A DNA stretch of 64,000 nucleotides from an uncultured Actinomycetes bacterium (GTDB taxonomy: Bacteria > Actinomycetota > Actinomycetes > Streptosporangiales > Streptosporangiaceae), in NCBI GenBank assembly GCA_963751175.1, contig CAVVTM010000035.1, forward strand, positions 25,035 through 89,034, given 5' to 3'. This document shows positions 57,077 to 64,000 of this stretch, piece after piece. Below the pieces are notes generated by a model that worked only from the letters and a program-made list of their open reading frames with translations, was not told where the DNA came from and ran no database searches. The number at the start of each line of letters is the position of its first letter. The stretch's first letter is position 1. A program made the position numbers and the translations under genes.

Positions 57077-58146
57077 GAGGCGGCCCTCGCGGTGTCCTTC
57101 TTGGCGGTGTCCTTCTTGGCGGTGTCCTTCTTGGCCGTGTCCTTCTTGCCGGAGCGGCGGCGGCCGGGCGCCGCTTGTTCGTCTTCTTCCGCGGCGTGCC
57201 CGGTGAGCGCCAGGAACACGTCGTCGAGGGAGGGCCGCCGCAGCGACAGGCCCTGGGTCTGGACGCCCGCGCTGTCCAGCGCGCGCACCGCCTCGATGAG
57301 CGCCTCCGAACCGCGCCCCCCGACCCCGATGCTGATCACGCCGGTCTCCTCGTCCACGTGCGGCTCGCTCTCGCCGAGGTCGGCGATCGCCTTGACCGCG
57401 TCGCCGATCCTGGACCGGTCGGGCACCGAGAACTCCAGCACATCCCCGCCCACCCGGCTCTTCAGCTCCTCGGCCGTGCCGGCCGCGATGACCAGGCCAT
57501 GGTCGATGACCACGATCTCATCGGCCAGCTCGTCCGCCTCGTCCAGGTACTGCGTGGTGAGCAGCAGCGTGGTCCCGCCCGCCACCAGCGAGCGGATGAT
57601 GTCCCACATGCCCAGCCGGGATCGCGGGTCCAGGCCCGTGGTCGGCTCGTCGAGGAACAGCACCTGCGGCCGCCCGACCAGGCTGGCCGCCAGGTCCAGG
57701 CGGCGCTGCATCCCCCCGGAATAGGTCTTGGCCGCCCGGTCGGCGGCGTCGGTCAGGTCGAACTGCTTCAGCAGCTCGGCCGCCCGGCTGCGGGCATCCG
57801 GCCAGCTGAGGTGATACAGCCGCCCGATGAGCTCAAGGTTCTCCCGCCCGGTGAGCTCCTCCTGGATGGCCGCGGACTGCCCGGACAGCCCGATCGACCG
57901 GCGGACCGCGGAGGCCTCCCGGACAACGTCGCGTCCCTCGACCAGCGCCCGGCCGCCATCCGGCTGGAGCAGCGTGGTCAGGATGCGGACCGCGGTGGTC
58001 TTACCCGCGCCGTTCGGCCCGAGCACCCCCAGCACCGTGCCACGGGGCACGGACAGGTCGATGCCGCGCAGCGCGTGCACGTCCCCGAACGACTTGGTCA
58101 GGCCCTCCACCAGAATGGCCGGACCCCGGCTTATCTCTGTCACCAA
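57073..58146 (-). CDS. ABC transporter ATP-binding protein (DrrA-like) with a (KKDTA)4 C-terminal tail
   Basis: 'GPNGAGKTT', 'SGGMQRRLDLA', 'LFLDEPTTGLD'. AGGAGG lies 6 nt before GTG 58146. Confidence 0.9.
   Translation of the reverse strand: MVTEISRGPAILVEGLTKSFGDVHALRGIDLSVPRGTVLGVLGPNGAGKTTAVRILTTLLQPDGGRALVEGRDVVREASAVRRSIGLSGQSAAIQEELTGRENLELIGRLYHLSWPDARSRAAELLKQFDLTDAADRAAKTYSGGMQRRLDLAASLVGRPQVLFLDEPTTGLDPRSRLGMWDIIRSLVAGGTTLLLTTQYLDEADELADEIVVIDHGLVIAAGTAEELKSRVGGDVLEFSVPDRSRIGDAVKAIADLGESEPHVDEETGVISIGVGGRGSEALIEAVRALDSAGVQTQGLSLRRPSLDDVFLALTGHAAEEDEQAAPGRRRSGKKDTAKKDTAKKDTAKKDTARAAS
57091..57150. repeat. 15-bp tandem repeat x4 (GGTGTCCTTCTTGGC; last copy has 2 mismatches)
   Basis: Read directly. 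It encodes KKDTA x4 on the minus strand. Confidence 0.95.
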
Positions 58147-58434
58147 TTCCTCCTGTGTGGGCCGCGGTCGACATCGCCCGGCGACCAGAACCTACCGGCA
58201 GCGCGGCCCTGACCGCGAACCGATAAAACCCGGCCCGCCGCGCTTTCGGTGGCTATGACGATCGCGGCCGCGGGAACTCATCGCCGGACCGCGGACCCAG
58301 GTGAGCCGGGAATCCGTCAGGGCCCAAGGTAAGCCGGAGGGCTGACAAAATGCGGCTGGCCCGGTGACGCGCGAGGGCTCCGGGGGGCGCCCCGGGTCAG
58401 CGCCGCGGCGCCGGCCACGGGCAATACTGGGCGG

Positions 58435-58898
58435 ATGAGCAGCCTGCGGCACGCTGAGTCGACCGTTATCGCCCGCCCCCGGACTTCCTCTACGACATGA
58501 TCTCCGACGTGACACGCATGGGCGAGTGGAGTCCTATCTGCACCGCCTACTGGTGGGATGACGGCGCCGGACCCCGCGAGGGCGCCTGGTTCACCGGCCG
58601 CAACGAGCTGCCCGAGCGCACCTGGGAGACCCGTTCCCAGGTCGTGGCGGCGGAGCGCGGGCGGGAGTTCGCGTTCGTCGTGGGCGGTGCGTGGGTGCGC
58701 TGGGGTTACTCGTTCGGCTCGGTCACCGGGGGTACCGAGGTGACGGAATCGTGGGAGTTCCTCCCCGCCGGCATCGCCCGGTTCCACGAACGGTACGGCG
58801 ACGACGCGCAGGCTGAGATCACGGCCCGGACCGAGGCCGCGCGCCGGGGCATCCCGCTCACCCTCGCCGCGATCAAGAAGAGTGCCGAATCGTCCTGA
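58435..58898 (+). pseudogene. SRPBCC (START/polyketide-cyclase-like) family protein, apparent 1-nt deletion in a C5 run (58476-58480)
   Basis: ATG 58435 gives 'MSSLRHAESTVIARP' and then stops. With one extra C it continues as 'PDFLYDMISDVTRMGEWSPICTAYWWDD...' (ORF 58497..58898). Confidence 0.7.
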
Positions 58899-60586
58899 GC
58901 CCGGCGCCAGCCCCGCCCCGCAGGGGGATGGTCAGCGGCGCACCCAGAGCGTGACGGAGGTGCCGCGGAATTGCCGCCTCGCGGACAGGGAGAAGTGGTT
59001 CCTGAGCACGGCGTCCTCGGCGCGGACCGCCCCGGCCGTGAGGTGGGTGAACGGGGACCGGCCCACCACCCAGATCCGCCGGTAGCCGAGCATGAGGGAC
59101 TGGACAGCCACGATCGGCTTGTCACGGCCCTGGAAGTTCCCGGCCGCGGCGGGCGACTCGGCCATCGCGAAGTCGCTGACCTTCCGGTAGTCCGCCGGGT
59201 AGCCGAGCCGGGCCTTGCGGAAGAAGTTGCTGAAGAACAGGATGCCGTCGCCCGGCTGCGCCTGCGCGGCCAGGTAGCGGGAAGGGCCGCCGAAGTCGAA
59301 CAGGCGGCTCTGCGGGGTGCGGACCCGCTGCTGCGGCGCAAGCTGGAGGACCAGGGCCAGCACGCAGACGGCCACCCCGGGCGCCCAAAGCAGCATCCGC
59401 CAGTCGGTCGCCCCGGCCAGCCACCGCCCGATCCGCAGCGCCCCGGCCCCGGCCAGCAGGGCGGCCCCGGCCTCGCCGTAGAGGACATAGCGGTCCACGT
59501 ACAGCGGCCGGGCCACCAGCGATTCGAGGATCAGCAGCACGCCCGGGACCACCAGCAGCGGCGCCGCGACTGACGGCAGGGAGACGCCTCCCTGGCTCCA
59601 CCACGCGGGCTGGGGCGCGCGGCGCCCCCGCTCGAGGGGCGGCAGTACCGCGGCCACCGCGCAGCAGAAGAGGAGCGCGGCGACCGCGGTCGCCGCGCCG
59701 AAGTAGTCATGGAAAAGGATCCGCAGGCTCCCCAGGCCGGGCCGGGGGATCCAGGCGACGGCGGCGTCCTCCCGGGCGCTGAGCGCGGCGAGCGGCAGGA
59801 CCAGGATGACCGAGACGGCAGCCGTGACAGCCCAGTGCACCATCACCCGCCGCCCGTAGCGGGCCAGCAGGACCGTGACCGCGTGCGCCGCCACGACGAG
59901 CAGGGACAGCTCGTTCAGGTAGCCGCCCACGACCAGCAGCACGGCGTAGACCAGCCAGCGTCCCGCGGCAAAGCGCGTCCCGCGGGCGCTCCCGTCACCA
60001 GAGCCGCGGGCGCCGGGCCCGGCCTCGGCGGCCAGGGCGTGCAGCAACGCCAGGGTCGAGCCGACAACACAGGCGAAGACCAGCGCGTAGGACCGGGCGG
60101 TCTGGGCGTAGTAGCTGATCGTGGGGGTCAGCGCGACGATCAGGCCGGCGAACAGGCCCGCCCATCCCGACCCTGTGAGCCGCTGGCCGATGATCACTGT
60201 GAGGGCCACGGCCACGACCATGGCGATCACCGAGGGGATCCGCATCACCGCCGGGCTGCTGCCCACCGCCATCCAGCCGTGCATGAACAGGTAGTACAGA
60301 CCGTGGACCACGTCAACGTGGCGGAGCAGGCGGGCCAGCTGATGCAGGCTCAGCAGCGCGGCCCAGCGGGTCGCCACCTCGTCGTTGCCCATTGACGAGT
60401 CCCGCGCCAGGCCCCACACCCCGAGCACGGCCATGACCGCGGCTGCGAGGACGGCCGGCCAGTACCGGGCCGTGGCCGCCTGCCAGCGGGCGGGCGGCTC
60501 ACCCCGGCCGGTTCCGGCCACCCCGCCCGGGCCGTCCGTCCCGGCGGGCGGGGAGGACTGGCCTCGCTGTCCGGTGGGAACGGGGC

Positions 60587-64000
<3,414 letters not shown>

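Overview
This is a 64-kb chromosomal segment from a very high-GC actinobacterium (roughly 70-73% GC by eye; no finer taxonomic call is possible). I count about 57 densely packed protein-coding genes on both strands. I recognised no rRNA, tRNA, CRISPR array, transposase, integrase or phage genes.

Gene content, in order:
- MerR regulator and SulP transporter
- homogentisate operon (hmgA-gntR-fahA)
- PAS-GGDEF-EAL protein, Tex, and a CDF metal exporter
- a translationally coupled ACAD-like / PIG-L / NodS-like methyltransferase / GT2 cassette
- AI-2E and YbhN-like membrane proteins
- a signalling block: RR-PP2C, CHASE3 kinase, response regulator, SigB/F-like sigma, two MarR regulators, and a STAS protein
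- LigD PE+Pol, an Mca-like deacetylase, and a PBP
- a sulfur module: sulfotransferase, ArsR, TauD
- an F420-type reductase, a stand-alone M41-like peptidase, a USP, and a second LigD-Pol gene
- a PspC / PspC-kinase / LuxR module, a Ser/Thr kinase, and HrpA
- a serine hydrolase, an ECF sigma factor, and a MATE transporter
- a GT-C glycosyltransferase, an aldolase, a ricin-lectin ORF, DrrAB-like ABC transporter genes, and an SRPBCC protein
- a GT39-glfT2-glf galactofuran cluster

Main observations:
1. A perfect 155-bp (CTGC)n microsatellite sits at the broken 3-prime end of the ECF sigma gene. This is very unusual for this kind of genome.
2. At least ten conserved genes are split by single-base frameshifts, several at short homopolymers. 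The window is therefore either draft-quality consensus or unusually rich in pseudogenes.
3. There are many perfect in-frame tandem duplications: 15 bp x4 (twice), 27 bp x2, and 147 bp x2.
4. There are two gene remnants (an LLM oxidoreductase and an OsmC-like gene).

I found no clear known defence or mobile system. The best candidates for undescribed biology are:
- the Nod-factor-like four-gene cassette
- the low-GC repeat insertion in the HrpA helicase core
- the RR-PP2C / CHASE3-kinase pair, separated only by an in-frame TGA
- the stand-alone M41-like peptidase
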